A DNA stretch of 64,000 nucleotides from Phycisphaeraceae bacterium (GTDB lineage: Bacteria; Planctomycetota; Phycisphaerae; Phycisphaerales; UBA1924), in contig JAHBXL010000014.1 in the NCBI GenBank assembly GCA_019636495.1, positions 54,061 to 118,060 on the forward strand. The letters are read 5' to 3'. The notes under the pieces were generated by a model that worked only from the letters and a program-made list of their open reading frames with translations, was not told the DNA's origin and did not search any database. Of this stretch, positions 63,990 through 64,000 are shown piece by piece (the stretch's first letter is position 1; each line of letters begins with the position of its first letter). The translations under genes were made by a program, and so were the position numbers.

Positions 63990-64000
63990 CGCGGCGGACT

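Noticed and set aside
1-64000. CRISPR arrays, rRNA genes, transposases/IS elements and reverse transcriptases.
   Set aside because: I saw no regularly spaced short repeats, rRNA-like sequence, DDE/transposase motifs or RT (YxDD) motifs in any frame during the read-through.

Overview
GC-rich bacterial chromosomal segment (composition judged by eye, not computed). The gene content looks Planctomycetota/Phycisphaerae-like, which is an inference from several traits: a DUF1559-like prepilin protein, PEP-CTERM tails, C-terminal DIFAFL..WFA dockerin-like modules, a 1472-aa SecA and many ATGA stop/start overlaps. I support about 50 protein genes, 2 tRNAs (Phe-GAA, Arg-CCG), no rRNA and no CRISPR. Layout: (i) 0.1-3.8 kb, a large membrane/secreted protein plus an ABC ATPase. 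(ii) 3.9-11.2 kb, a minus-strand cluster of SDR, MIP channel, GMC oxidoreductase, VOC protein and GH63-like glucosidase. (iii) 11.4-16.5 kb, a plus-strand run of ECF sigma, soluble ZAS anti-sigma, PP2C phosphatase, two tiny TM ORFs, a ferric-reductase-TM/Rieske fusion, a Cys-motif protein and a thioredoxin-fold/YHS fusion. (iv) 16.7-22.5 kb, a 1930-aa NHL/FG-GAP/beta-helix protein with an internal 984-bp tandem duplication. (v) 22.9-31.2 kb, an approximately 8.3-kb element integrated into the 3' end of tRNA-Phe. It is bounded by a perfect 24-bp direct repeat and carries 11 co-directional, mostly translationally coupled genes (primase-helicase, HTH/excisionase-like proteins, tyrosine integrase, a 609-aa orphan protein) but no virion genes. 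(vi) 31.5-64 kb, housekeeping genes (gap, secA, scpB, truD, pdhA, methylmalonyl-CoA mutase-like, S41 protease, K+/H+ antiporter) interleaved with secreted proteins carrying PEP-CTERM or dockerin-like C-termini. The most interesting items are the tRNA-Phe element, whose integrase ORF would be re-closed in frame across attP. Next are the ZAS/PP2C-linked membrane redox module, the recurrent C-terminal dockerin-like module on three unrelated exoproteins, and a 144-nt palindrome-bearing in-frame insertion in the mutase gene. All functional calls rest on motifs recognised by eye; no database search was possible.
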